Shown: one piece after another, positions 19,738 through 28,760 of the stretch
Layout of the letters: each line of letters opens with the position of its first letter
Numbering within the stretch: position 1 is the first letter of the stretch
Virus record (IMG/VR): IMGVR_UViG_3300049846_000869
DNA from: an uncultured virus (IMG/VR IMGVR_UViG_3300049846_000869)
Taxonomy: Duplodnaviria; Heunggongvirae; Uroviricota; Caudoviricetes
Length of the DNA: 64,000 nucleotides
Strand: one strand, 5' to 3'
Position numbers and translations under genes: made by a program
The notes under the pieces: generated by a model
The model's database searches: none
What the model was told of the DNA's origin: nothing
The model's input: the letters and a program-made list of their open reading frames with translations, nothing else

Positions 19738-21642
19738 ATGTCAGCACAAAATGTAGATAAGCTAATTGAAAGTCTCATAGAATGGGATTATGCCTATTTC
19801 AATGGTGAGGCAATTGTCCCAGATGAACAATATGACCAGACTAAACGCTTGGCGCAATCTTTAGCTCCAGACCACAAGTATTTCAAACAGGTCGGCTCAG
19901 ATGTTCGTGGTGGTAAAATCAAGCTCCCATATCCTATGGGGTCATTGGACCAAATTTATGAAGGCGATGTTACTAAGTGGGTAGCTCGCAACTCTCTCCA
20001 AAATTCCGATATAATCATAACCGAAAAGCTCGACGGCGTTAGCTGTCTCTTGAGTTATGAAAGCGGTAAATTTCAAATCGCCTACAGCAGAGGCGATGGT
20101 ATCATGGGTGCCGATATCACTCGCCATTTATCTAAGATGCCAAACTTCCCCAAAGTTATCAAGAAGAAATTCATGGTGATTCGCGGAGAAGTCATCATGA
20201 AGAAAGAAATTTTCAATGAAAAGTACGCGGAAGAATATAAGAATCCTCGTAACATGGTTGCCGGTTGTATGAATCGCAGCGTTACTGGACAGTCTACGCT
20301 GACCGATTTGGATTTCATTGCCTACGAAATGGTAGACAGCGATGAAAATCTAAACAAGGCTGACTCTATTGAAATGCTTAAGGGCATGGGATTCCAAACT
20401 CCGAATACTATGGTTGTCAAGGGTAATAAGCTTGATGATAAATTCTTGGCTAAGACTCTTTCGGATATGAGAAATCAGTCCGCTTATGAATTGGATGGTA
20501 TCGTGCTAACTATTGATGATTTCCGTTCGGTAATCACTTCTCCAGATAGAATGAATCCAGAACACTCGGTCAAATATAAGGTTCTTGATGCGGATTCAAT
20601 TCTGGAAACCACAGTCAAGGATGTTATTTGGAATATTTCCAAGTCTGGCTACTTAAAGCCGACCATTCAAATCAAGCCAGTAGAATTATTCGGAACTACC
20701 GTTACATTCGCTACAGGATTTAACGCCAAGTTCATCAATGATAACAAGATTGGTCCGGGAACTCGCATCAAAATTACTAAGAGCGGTTCAGTAATTCCGT
20801 ATGTTACGGAAATCCTTGAAGGAACCACGGCAAAGATGCCAACAGACCACGATTGGGCATGGGACGAGAACATGGTAGAAATCGTGGTGTGCGATTCTGA
20901 CACTAATCCTGATGTTATTTTCCTTCAGGTATTGGATTTCTTCGATAAGCTTAATGTTGATTTGTTGAAGGAAGCTTCACTAAAGAAGATTTTTGAAGAT
21001 TACAACATCGGCGGTATGACATTCGATGACGCCGTTTTGACAATTTTGGACTTGACCCCCATCGAATGGAGCAGAACATTAGGTGTTAACGGAGATAAGA
21101 TTTATGCAAGTCTATGTCGCCGCTTGGCTAATGCTCAACTTTATGTTGTACTCGGAGCCACCTGCCATATTGGAGTAGGATTCGGCGTTAGAAAGGCTAA
21201 GGCTCTATTGAAGCAAATCCCCTATGAAGATTTGATTTTGCCTGAGAATCCAAAATTGGTTCTTAGTAAAGAAGAGAGAAGCCTTATTGAAAGAATTAGT
21301 GAGTGCGACGGCTTCGATACAATTACCGCAGAGAAGATTGTGGAGAATATCCGCGACTTCGATGCTTTCTTGAATAAGGTCAAGTCTTATTTCACCTTTG
21401 TTGAAGAAAAGACAACGAACGAAATGGTAAATATCAATCTTGTTATGACTGGATTCCGTGATAAGGAATTGAAAGAGAAGATTGAATCTATGGGTGGTAA
21501 GGTATCGGACGGTGTTTCCAAAAAGACTACACATCTTCTGGCCCTTGACATTAGCGGAAATTCAGGTAAGCTCAAAAAGGCTAGAGAACTTGGAATTGCC
21601 GTTATGACGGCTGACCAATTTAGAAACGAGTTTAATTTATGA
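19738..21642 (+). CDS. ligA: NAD-dependent DNA ligase
   Basis: EKLDG, SRGDG, RGE, NPRN and DGIV motifs; C-terminal BRCT; TTGACT-17-TAGAAT promoter at 19685. Confidence 0.95.
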   Translation: MSAQNVDKLIESLIEWDYAYFNGEAIVPDEQYDQTKRLAQSLAPDHKYFKQVGSDVRGGKIKLPYPMGSLDQIYEGDVTKWVARNSLQNSDIIITEKLDGVSCLLSYESGKFQIAYSRGDGIMGADITRHLSKMPNFPKVIKKKFMVIRGEVIMKKEIFNEKYAEEYKNPRNMVAGCMNRSVTGQSTLTDLDFIAYEMVDSDENLNKADSIEMLKGMGFQTPNTMVVKGNKLDDKFLAKTLSDMRNQSAYELDGIVLTIDDFRSVITSPDRMNPEHSVKYKVLDADSILETTVKDVIWNISKSGYLKPTIQIKPVELFGTTVTFATGFNAKFINDNKIGPGTRIKITKSGSVIPYVTEILEGTTAKMPTDHDWAWDENMVEIVVCDSDTNPDVIFLQVLDFFDKLNVDLLKEASLKKIFEDYNIGGMTFDDAVLTILDLTPIEWSRTLGVNGDKIYASLCRRLANAQLYVVLGATCHIGVGFGVRKAKALLKQIPYEDLILPENPKLVLSKEERSLIERISECDGFDTITAEKIVENIRDFDAFLNKVKSYFTFVEEKTTNEMVNINLVMTGFRDKELKEKIESMGGKVSDGVSKKTTHLLALDISGNSGKLKKARELGIAVMTADQFRNEFNL

Positions 21643-21890
21643 GAGAAAGAGATTTTGAAGAAAAATTAAAAGATAATAATATACAGCTTCTTCATGTATA
21701 TTTTCCTGTGTTCATGATAGGAAATAAATCATACGAAATTCGTTCGACATTCATAAGAGATAAAACATTAAATGAAATTTATCAAATGTTGATGGATGAA
21801 ACAGACAATAAGTTGAAAAATTATACCGTTGCTTTATATTACATGAACGGTAGTATACTTAGATATGCTTTGATACCCCACGAAGGTTAG
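21639..21890 (+). CDS. Hypothetical protein
   Basis: ATGA-coupled ORF. Confidence 0.55.
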   Translation: MRERDFEEKLKDNNIQLLHVYFPVFMIGNKSYEIRSTFIRDKTLNEIYQMLMDETDNKLKNYTVALYYMNGSILRYALIPHEG

Positions 21891-21892
21891 CT

Positions 21893-22258
21893 ATGGAAGA
21901 TATAACAGCAGAAGATATGAAGCAAGCGTGTACCAGTCAACTGGCCAAGAATCATTACTACATGACTTTTGCTGATTTGAAATCGTTAGTTAAACGATTA
22001 GAAGCCGAAGAAACTCCAGACGATACTCCGGTAGTCTATCAGCGTATAAATGATTTTTACTTTGACAAGCTTCATTGGGGGACAATGAAAGTTAAGGGCG
22101 AGAGTTACTATCGTGATTTGCGCTATGCGGAGAAGCACGGCATATCTGTGGACCAAGTTGCAAATTCTACAGAAGAAGTTATCCCAGTTTTCTGCGGACA
22201 TTTAGTAGAAGATTTCAACACGGGCGAAGAGTATATATTTTTAACGGCGCATTATTAA
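21893..22258 (+). CDS. Hypothetical protein
   Basis: ORF within the operon. Confidence 0.6.
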   Translation: MEDITAEDMKQACTSQLAKNHYYMTFADLKSLVKRLEAEETPDDTPVVYQRINDFYFDKLHWGTMKVKGESYYRDLRYAEKHGISVDQVANSTEEVIPVFCGHLVEDFNTGEEYIFLTAHY

Positions 22259-22260
22259 TA

Positions 22261-22494
22261 ATGAATAAACTTCCATCAGCTTTAAACATTTTAGGTTCAA
22301 TTGCTTTTTTCTTAGTTGAAAAATTTAACTACCTCATACCTTATAGACATAAATTTTTTGACATACTTCATCTAATTATGTTTTATGGTACACAAAAAGC
22401 AAAAACCATTCTAATATGGTGTATTCTTTTGTATTTTATGATATTAATTGTTTTGTTTTGTTTTTTAGGTTGGGGATTGTTGAAATTAATATAA
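22261..22494 (+). CDS. Hypothetical membrane protein
   Basis: Hydrophobic C-terminus; lies within the operon. Confidence 0.45.
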   Translation: MNKLPSALNILGSIAFFLVEKFNYLIPYRHKFFDILHLIMFYGTQKAKTILIWCILLYFMILIVLFCFLGWGLLKLI

Positions 22495-22503
22495 GAGGTT
22501 GCT

Positions 22504-22917
22504 ATGGACATTTTAGACCAAGATTTGGAAGATTTATTCAGAAAGAAATTAGATAAGGTTATACAGGCCATACGAGCCTCATGGAGCGAAGAAACTGCTT
22601 CACAGTCTGATATTTGGACTGAAGAGAATCCAGCCAGAGGCCAATGTGCTGTCTCTTCGTTGATTATCCAAGACTACTTCGGCGGTCAGTTGGGTAGAGT
22701 TATGGTAGGAGACGAATCTCACTACTTCAATATCTTGTTCGGTCATTCAGATAAGGATGGTATAATCGTTGATATTACTGCTGAACAATTCACGGCTATA
22801 AAAGTGGATTATAGTAATCCTATTTTCAGAACTAGAGAATACACTCTGAGTAATGAACATACCAAGAGGCGTTATGAAACTTTGAAAGCCAGAGTTGAAA
22901 AATTAATAGGACAATAA
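22504..22917 (+). CDS. YunG-like protein (Cys-His-Asp papain-like fold)
   Basis: NPARGQCAVSSL...HYFN...DITAEQF. Confidence 0.7.
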   Translation: MDILDQDLEDLFRKKLDKVIQAIRASWSEETASQSDIWTEENPARGQCAVSSLIIQDYFGGQLGRVMVGDESHYFNILFGHSDKDGIIVDITAEQFTAIKVDYSNPIFRTREYTLSNEHTKRRYETLKARVEKLIGQ

Positions 22918-22919
22918 TT

Positions 22920-23126
22920 ATGGCTATGTCAGATTGCGACAGATGTTGGAATACCCCTTGTACTTGTGGGCACGACTATAAAAATTGGTCCGAAGAAAGA
23001 TTATCAAAACAAATAAAGATGCTTTACAAGGTCTTGAAAGCCAAACAAAAAGGCATAGAATTTAAAGATATTGATGACCTTAAAGAAATTGACATAAATA
23101 ATATTGACATTATATTGAGAAATTGA
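22920..23126 (+). CDS. Small Cys-rich hypothetical protein
   Basis: CxxCWxTPCxCG motif. Confidence 0.6.
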   Translation: MAMSDCDRCWNTPCTCGHDYKNWSEERLSKQIKMLYKVLKAKQKGIEFKDIDDLKEIDINNIDIILRN

Positions 23127-23132
23127 TATAAT
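23104..23132 (+). promoter_or_regulatory. Consensus sigma70 promoter of the tmRNA
   Basis: TTGACA-17-TATAAT, a perfect match. Confidence 0.85.
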
Positions 23133-23138
23133 GTTATT

Positions 23139-23556
23139 GAAATTGAGGGTAACCTTAATTTCAATTATGATTGTATGAAGTGAGATGAGTAATAATTTCG
23201 GACGCCGGTTCGACTCCGGCCATCTCCACCAAGAGGAAATTATGGATAAAGAAGGATTGATAGATAGAGGCGATTATTATGAAATCGCTAATTATGAACC
23301 AGTCGTAGAATGCGATGCTGATGGTAATGTAATATCTGTCATTTGTTGTCCTTATATTCCAAAGTTTCTTGTTGATGGGGATGCCAAGGTTTCGACGGGG
23401 TTAAGAAAGTGTCGTGGACAATCCGTATAGATAAGATTCGTTATATCTGTCAAAAAAGTAAACGCAGCAAATGATGCTGACTTTGGTGGTTTCGCTCTAG
23501 CAGCTTAATGCACCAAACGGGGTTTTAACGAGCCTTGTTACAAAAATCGGAAACTG
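23139..23556 (+). ncRNA. ssrA: Circularly permuted two-piece tmRNA: acceptor piece ends CCA at 23231, coding piece starts GGGGATG at 23377, tag AANDADFGGFALAA* at 23464-23508
   Basis: T-arm GCCGG-TTCGACT-CCGGC plus CATCTCCACCA precedes GGGGATG...TTCGAC. The 7-bp acceptor stem has G3.U70. CGGGGTTA/TAATTTCG and ACAATC/GATTGT pair across the pieces. Outer ends are approximate. Confidence 0.92.
23242..23430 (+). CDS. Possible 62-aa ORF starting in the tmRNA intervening segment
   Basis: SD-like AGAGGA immediately after CCA, ATG at 23242. Confidence 0.35.
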   Translation: MDKEGLIDRGDYYEIANYEPVVECDADGNVISVICCPYIPKFLVDGDAKVSTGLRKCRGQSV

Positions 23557-23590
23557 GAAGGGACGAGAAATCGTCCCTTTCTTTATTTTA
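23557..23590 (+). terminator. Intrinsic terminator of the tmRNA
   Basis: AAGGGACGA-GAAA-TCGTCCCTT followed by a T-rich tail. Confidence 0.85.
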
Positions 23591-23657
23591 TTATTATTGT
23601 TTTATGATTTTATGCGGCATATAAAATAAATACTCATACAACAATAAAGGAATATTA

Positions 23658-24374
23658 ATGGACCCAACAATCCCGCCCCAGTCTCCAATATTATTGGCCC
23701 CAATCGAAGATACTTCAGTAAAATACTTTAAACAAACAGTCCATGTAAACATTCATCATTTTTACATAACTGATAAAATTGCTGAACCTGCTCGTTATTT
23801 GGACATGATTAATATAATCAAGACAGCAGAAGCCCACGATACAATATTCATTTACTTGAACACTCCGGGCGGAAACCTTTCTACTACTGTCCAAATTATG
23901 AGCGCGATGAACCAATGCCAAGGAACAATTATAACTTCTATTGAAGGTGAGGTATGTTCGGCAGGAACATTAATTTTCTTATCCGGCCACAAGTATATCG
24001 TCAATGCAAACAGCACATTCATGATTCACAATTATAGTCATATGGTTGATGGAAAAGGAAATGAAGTAAATACCCAAGTCAAATATTCTGAAGCGTACTT
24101 CAAGAAATTGGCCAACGATATATATGGTGGCTTCTTGACAAAATCTGAAATCAATGATGTACTAAACGGCAAAGATATGTGGATGGAATCTGAAGAAATT
24201 ATTAAGCGTTTAGGCGGAATAGAATTCAGAACAGTTCATTCCAAGACAGAAGAAGCAGTAGATACTGTAGCTAAATTACCGGCCCAGAAAGTTAAGAAGA
24301 AAAAGAAACTTCACGATAACAAAAAGGCAAAGAAAGTTTTAGCTAGTAATCCTACACTCTATAGACGCGGGTAA
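23658..24374 (+). CDS. clpP: ClpP-like serine protease
   Basis: YLNTPGG, CSAG (catalytic Ser) and FMIH (His); TAAATA at 23627. Confidence 0.85.
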   Translation: MDPTIPPQSPILLAPIEDTSVKYFKQTVHVNIHHFYITDKIAEPARYLDMINIIKTAEAHDTIFIYLNTPGGNLSTTVQIMSAMNQCQGTIITSIEGEVCSAGTLIFLSGHKYIVNANSTFMIHNYSHMVDGKGNEVNTQVKYSEAYFKKLANDIYGGFLTKSEINDVLNGKDMWMESEEIIKRLGGIEFRTVHSKTEEAVDTVAKLPAQKVKKKKKLHDNKKAKKVLASNPTLYRRG

Positions 24375-24388
24375 GTAGCTATGCTATA

Positions 24389-25435
24389 ATGCCCGCAAGG
24401 GTTATTATGAGCATAGAAGATGTTGTAAAAGGTAAACTCGTATTTAATCGAGGCACTTCCGGCAAGGGCTGGAACTTGATTTATTGTGAAGTTTGCGGCG
24501 ATGGAAGTAGAACCAAAGGGCCGAGAGGCGGTTGGTTATTCCAAGATGAAATGTGTTTTTATCATTGCTTTAACTGCGGCGTTGATGGTAATTTCGACCC
24601 CAACAGAGAAATGCCATTTTCCAAAGACATGAGGAAAATCTTCAATGCTTTCGGCATTGAAGAGCAGGAATACTACACGGTAGTAAACCAAGCCAAGATG
24701 AAGAATGGCGACCAGCCAGCCGCAAAACCCAAGTACATAGATAATCCGATTGTACCAATAGATATTCCAAAACATTTCTATCCGTTGTCTTTGGCGGCAC
24801 CGGATGATATGTATGCTAACATGGCTAAGGAATTTTTGACTACCAAGTGGTTCATTTCCCCTAAAGCCTACGATTTTTTCTTGTCAACTGGAATCTCCAA
24901 AGACCCTAATCCAAAAGTACAAGCTATAGCAAAAACCCTACGAACCCGTCTGATAATTCCAATCTTCAAGAATGGAAAAATGATTTACTTTCAAGCCAGA
25001 GATTTGACTGGAACCCACAGCAAGAAGTACATAAATCCTGAAGAGAATTCCAGAAGCAATTTGATATACAATTTCGACGCTTTGTACAAAGATTTGGAAA
25101 TGCCTCTGTATATCTGCGAAGGTTTTGCTGACGCTTTCCATTTGGATGGGGTTGCAGTTTTCGAGAACAAGATATCTAGGCAGCAGATAAAAATCATCGA
25201 GAAAACACCCAGACAGAAGGTAGTGGTCCCGGATAGGAAGGGAGACAGCTACAAGCTCGCAGAGCAAGCCTTGGAGTTAGGATGGAGCATTTCCTTGCCG
25301 GATATTGGCGACTGTAAAGACATTACAGAGGCTATAGGACGCTATGGTAAACTCTATGTTCTGAAGTCAATTGCCAGAAATATCAAGACTGGATACGAAG
25401 CTCAAGTCGCTTTGAAGCTTGTTAGTTCCCGCTAA
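24389..25435 (+). CDS. DNA primase (T4 gp61-like)
   Basis: CEVCGD...HCFNCG Zn domain, FQAR, KYINP and TOPRIM EGFADA...PD. Confidence 0.88.
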   Translation: MPARVIMSIEDVVKGKLVFNRGTSGKGWNLIYCEVCGDGSRTKGPRGGWLFQDEMCFYHCFNCGVDGNFDPNREMPFSKDMRKIFNAFGIEEQEYYTVVNQAKMKNGDQPAAKPKYIDNPIVPIDIPKHFYPLSLAAPDDMYANMAKEFLTTKWFISPKAYDFFLSTGISKDPNPKVQAIAKTLRTRLIIPIFKNGKMIYFQARDLTGTHSKKYINPEENSRSNLIYNFDALYKDLEMPLYICEGFADAFHLDGVAVFENKISRQQIKIIEKTPRQKVVVPDRKGDSYKLAEQALELGWSISLPDIGDCKDITEAIGRYGKLYVLKSIARNIKTGYEAQVALKLVSSR

Positions 25436-25540
25436 CACTTATAATTAATTTTTGCATTTTATTTCAAGAATATGTATAAATAAACATAATCGTGCAATCT
25501 TTCCTAGATTGTATGAGATATACTATGGGGGTATAATTAG

Positions 25541-25693
25541 ATGCGTAACAAGGAAAAAGTTATTGAATCTAGAATAAACATAAAGACTTTAATAGAACAA
25601 GCAAGCATCAGCAGAAAGACCTCAAAAGCCAAGAAATCCTCCAAGAACTTTTATGAACAATATTTGAAAGAAGCAAAGAAATACATAGCTTAA
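25541..25693 (+). CDS. Small basic hypothetical protein (50 aa, not in the ORF track)
   Basis: MRNKEKVIESRINIK...KKYIA* read directly from the sequence. Confidence 0.45.
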   Translation: MRNKEKVIESRINIKTLIEQASISRKTSKAKKSSKNFYEQYLKEAKKYIA

Positions 25694-25713
25694 CTGTTTA
25701 TAAAGGAAGAACA

Positions 25714-25905
25714 ATGAAATATGATAGTGAATACCTCAATACCTTAATTAAGGAAAAGGGAGTTTTCGCAGTAGTAGAATCAATAGATGAACGATTTGTA
25801 GAAGATAAAGAAATACAGATAATACTGAGAACTATCAAACATTCAGCAGTACAATTAGCGAAATCATTAGACGAACAAACTAAGAAACGCAAAATAACGA
25901 AATAA
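25714..25905 (+). CDS. Hypothetical protein
   Basis: SD AAGGA; followed by a terminator. Confidence 0.55.
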   Translation: MKYDSEYLNTLIKEKGVFAVVESIDERFVEDKEIQIILRTIKHSAVQLAKSLDEQTKKRKITK

Positions 25906-25910
25906 TTATA

Positions 25911-25940
25911 GAAAGGGGGCTTATAGCCCCCTTTTCATTT
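25911..25940 (+). terminator. Intrinsic terminator
   Basis: AAAGGGGGCT-TAT-AGCCCCCTTT. Confidence 0.8.
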
Positions 25941-25970
25941 GCAGATAAATATCACAAAGCGGAAATTTAT

Positions 25971-27104
25971 ATGCCAAATAACAGTTCAAAACCCATTGTA
26001 TCTTTCATTGAATACTTCAAAGATGTTAAACCTTACCATGTTAAAATCTTGGAGGTTATCGAAAGATATTCATTTTCAGAAAGCGTAATCGTCAATTTAT
26101 CCGAAGGGGTAGGAACATTCGTTGGTATACATAATGACCCTTACTGCTCGCCTGTAGGCTTCGGCGTAGACTTTGATGAAGAATGCGGGTTTGATGCTTT
26201 AGATTGTTGCGACGATGAGAGATATTCTATTTCTAATGCTGGGTTAGTTTACAATAATGATGACTTGCTGGTGACAGCCACCATAACTGATGTTGACGAA
26301 ACCACAGATGAAGTCAGAGTTTCTGGAGACCATTCTTACGACTTCAGACTACCGATAAAATCAATCCCATTAACTAATAAATTATTGGTAGAAGGTGATT
26401 ATACCACTTACTTCAATACTCACACCATTTTCTTAGTAATCCCGTATCACACTTATTCCATATTAGACAGTACACAGACTAGCTTCACAATTGCTGGCAA
26501 TAGAGTTACTGAATTCACTTCTGGTAAACTGTTTACGGTTATGGGTGCCGGAGAGAACAGCGGGAAATTTACAGTAGAAGCAGCGGTCTACTCTTTAAGC
26601 TTAGACCAGACTGAAATTTTCATATCCCCTGAGACTGTCCTTACTGAAGATTTGGCCCTTGGTCTAATATCCATCAAAGCCACTACGAAGAACAATGGAG
26701 CATATCAAGTTGACACAGCGGTATTCAATGGAACCGATACTGTCGTTACATTGGCTGCAACAAAATCCTTCGGCTATACCGATTCCGATACTATAAATTG
26801 GGGCACGGTATTATTCAGAACAGGTTTGATTCCATTGAGAGATGTATGGATTGAATCAACTGGTACAGAATTAGACACTATAGAATACAGGATTTTAACA
26901 TCAAAGTATGATAGAGACAATGATGAAACTGTAATTGTGCTTGGAACTGATTTGTTGGTTCCAGCAGCATCAGGTGAATTACAGATGTATGGTTATGATT
27001 TTGGTCCGGGGTGGACCGTAGAAGATGAACCGGCGATTCCGCCGCAAAATCTAATCGCCGTAGCAACATCAGAAAGATTACAAATAGTTGTTACAGTTGC
27101 TTAA
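25971..27104 (+). CDS. Putative structural (baseplate/tail) protein
   Basis: Beta-rich acidic composition, VKPYH motif and TAAATA at 25946. Confidence 0.6.
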   Translation: MPNNSSKPIVSFIEYFKDVKPYHVKILEVIERYSFSESVIVNLSEGVGTFVGIHNDPYCSPVGFGVDFDEECGFDALDCCDDERYSISNAGLVYNNDDLLVTATITDVDETTDEVRVSGDHSYDFRLPIKSIPLTNKLLVEGDYTTYFNTHTIFLVIPYHTYSILDSTQTSFTIAGNRVTEFTSGKLFTVMGAGENSGKFTVEAAVYSLSLDQTEIFISPETVLTEDLALGLISIKATTKNNGAYQVDTAVFNGTDTVVTLAATKSFGYTDSDTINWGTVLFRTGLIPLRDVWIESTGTELDTIEYRILTSKYDRDNDETVIVLGTDLLVPAASGELQMYGYDFGPGWTVEDEPAIPPQNLIAVATSERLQIVVTVA

Positions 27105-27337
27105 GCCGACATAATTTTGTGAATGTTGGGGTCAAAGACCACCCAATTCTTCTTTCCATTCAAATTGATTAGTATATTTTTGTTATCTGGAGAAACTTCA
27201 AGAATTCTCCTAGATAACACAGTAACTTTAGACTTCATAGCTACTGGGCCAATTGCATTACCGCATTTGATTATCTCAGCGTATTTCGGTAGTTGCATTT
27301 TGTACATTCTGAAAACAACTAAATCATTCTTTTTCAT
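27101..27337 (-). CDS. Hypothetical protein
   Basis: ORF with SD AAGG. Confidence 0.5.
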   Translation of the reverse strand: MKKNDLVVFRMYKMQLPKYAEIIKCGNAIGPVAMKSKVTVLSRRILEVSPDNKNILINLNGKKNWVVFDPNIHKIMSA

Positions 27338-27346
27338 AGAACACCT

Positions 27347-27847
27347 TTAGGAATTAATCAAATCTTTCAATTTGGCGATAGTTTCATTAGAATTTCTATG
27401 TAAGATACCAATACCACCGGCAGATTCCCACGGACCAATGCTCTTGCTTCTGTCGTCAATGAGAATAGTCTTCGGATTGGCGTACATAGCCTTCTGTTCT
27501 GAACTGGTTACAGTTTTTACCGACATGGTAGGACCATAGTGCTTTAGTACCCATCTCTTTTTCTGTTCAGCCGCATCCTTCGGGACATAACCGGTAGCTG
27601 TCAAAATTCTTACATTCGGGAAATTTTCCACGCAGAATTTAACCAACATATCGGCATCGGCCATCTTCGGTAGAGATTCAAAGAACGGAGCTACCTGATT
27701 ATTGTAGGCGCTAACGGCCTTCCATACCGAGTTCTTCGGTACGCTATTCATTGGACGGCCTAAAATTTCGGTAACTTTACCTTCGAAATCTGCTAAAACC
27801 CCATCTAAATCAATCATCACATTAAATCTTTCATTACCCATTTTCAT
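27347..27847 (-). CDS. NT5C-like 5'(3')-deoxyribonucleotidase (HAD)
   Basis: IDLDGVLADF, ILTA and LIDD...W..AGG motifs. Confidence 0.88.
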   Translation of the reverse strand: MKMGNERFNVMIDLDGVLADFEGKVTEILGRPMNSVPKNSVWKAVSAYNNQVAPFFESLPKMADADMLVKFCVENFPNVRILTATGYVPKDAAEQKKRWVLKHYGPTMSVKTVTSSEQKAMYANPKTILIDDRSKSIGPWESAGGIGILHRNSNETIAKLKDLINS

Positions 27848-27932
27848 TTTCCTTAAGAATGCTAAATTATACCAAATTTGGTATTAAAAATCAACTGCTA
27901 TAAATATTAACATATCAGAGGTATTTATTATT

Positions 27933-28760
27933 ATGGATTTCCTGAAGACCCTTTTGCCGAATAATGAGACTAGTAAAGAACAATACGAAAAGTCTTTGAG
28001 GATTCTCAAAGAAGTTTATGATGCTTTAAATGCCCCAAATCCTAATAACAAATGGTGGATTGTGGTTGTTGACCCTATTGAATTTGAAGAAGAAGCTTTC
28101 TTTGGGCCGGAAGAAAAAGCTAAAGAATATTTCAAAAGTTATCGTCCTTACAGACCAGATGACAAATATGACGAAAATTTAATTAAGAGAATGATTGATA
28201 GAATAAAGGCTAGGGCAAGATTTGGTGATTTAAGAGATTTGTCCCCGGCTGAAAAGGATTTAGCAACCAGACAGGGCGTTGCTCTTGACCCGCAAAAATA
28301 TACAGATATGAGAGTCAAGCAATTACAAAGTAAAGGCATTTCTGAAACTACCAGTTTCTTAGACCATGTAATTGATTCTTTGGTTACCAAACAAATAACA
28401 GAAGATATTATGGACAAACACGGAAACTCGGTAGTAGTCTTTCTGAACAATATTTTGAAACATTACGATAAGTTTTATAGCAAGTTCATAAACGATAATA
28501 CTCACCCGCTTCATGACGATTTCTTAAGAGCTATGTTCGATTTATGTGATGCTCTGTATGTATACAAAGCAAGATACCATACTAAAGGTGTGACTCCGGC
28601 AGAACAGGCAATGAACTTTAGTATTGATGCATTGCTAAAGAAATTGAATTACAGACCGGCTCCTAGATTCTCTGAAGATAATTTATCTGAGCGTTCTGTA
28701 GACTTCTTACACGAATTGGTTTCTAAGTTCAATCCAGAAGCGTTCGAAAGGCGCGATTAA
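27933..28760 (+). CDS. Putative virion protein
   Basis: TATAAATA at 27899; internal ISE/ITE sites. Confidence 0.55.
   Translation: MDFLKTLLPNNETSKEQYEKSLRILKEVYDALNAPNPNNKWWIVVVDPIEFEEEAFFGPEEKAKEYFKSYRPYRPDDKYDENLIKRMIDRIKARARFGDLRDLSPAEKDLATRQGVALDPQKYTDMRVKQLQSKGISETTSFLDHVIDSLVTKQITEDIMDKHGNSVVVFLNNILKHYDKFYSKFINDNTHPLHDDFLRAMFDLCDALYVYKARYHTKGVTPAEQAMNFSIDALLKKLNYRPAPRFSEDNLSERSVDFLHELVSKFNPEAFERRD

Noticed and set aside
23200..23231. Stand-alone tRNA or attP-like tRNA 3' fragment
   Set aside because: No anticodon arm; it pairs with the downstream GGGGATG and tag region, so it is the tmRNA acceptor piece; no integrase nearby.
23185..23241. N-terminal extension of the 81-aa ORF
   Set aside because: Overlaps the tmRNA T-arm and acceptor; only the ATG at 23242 has an SD.
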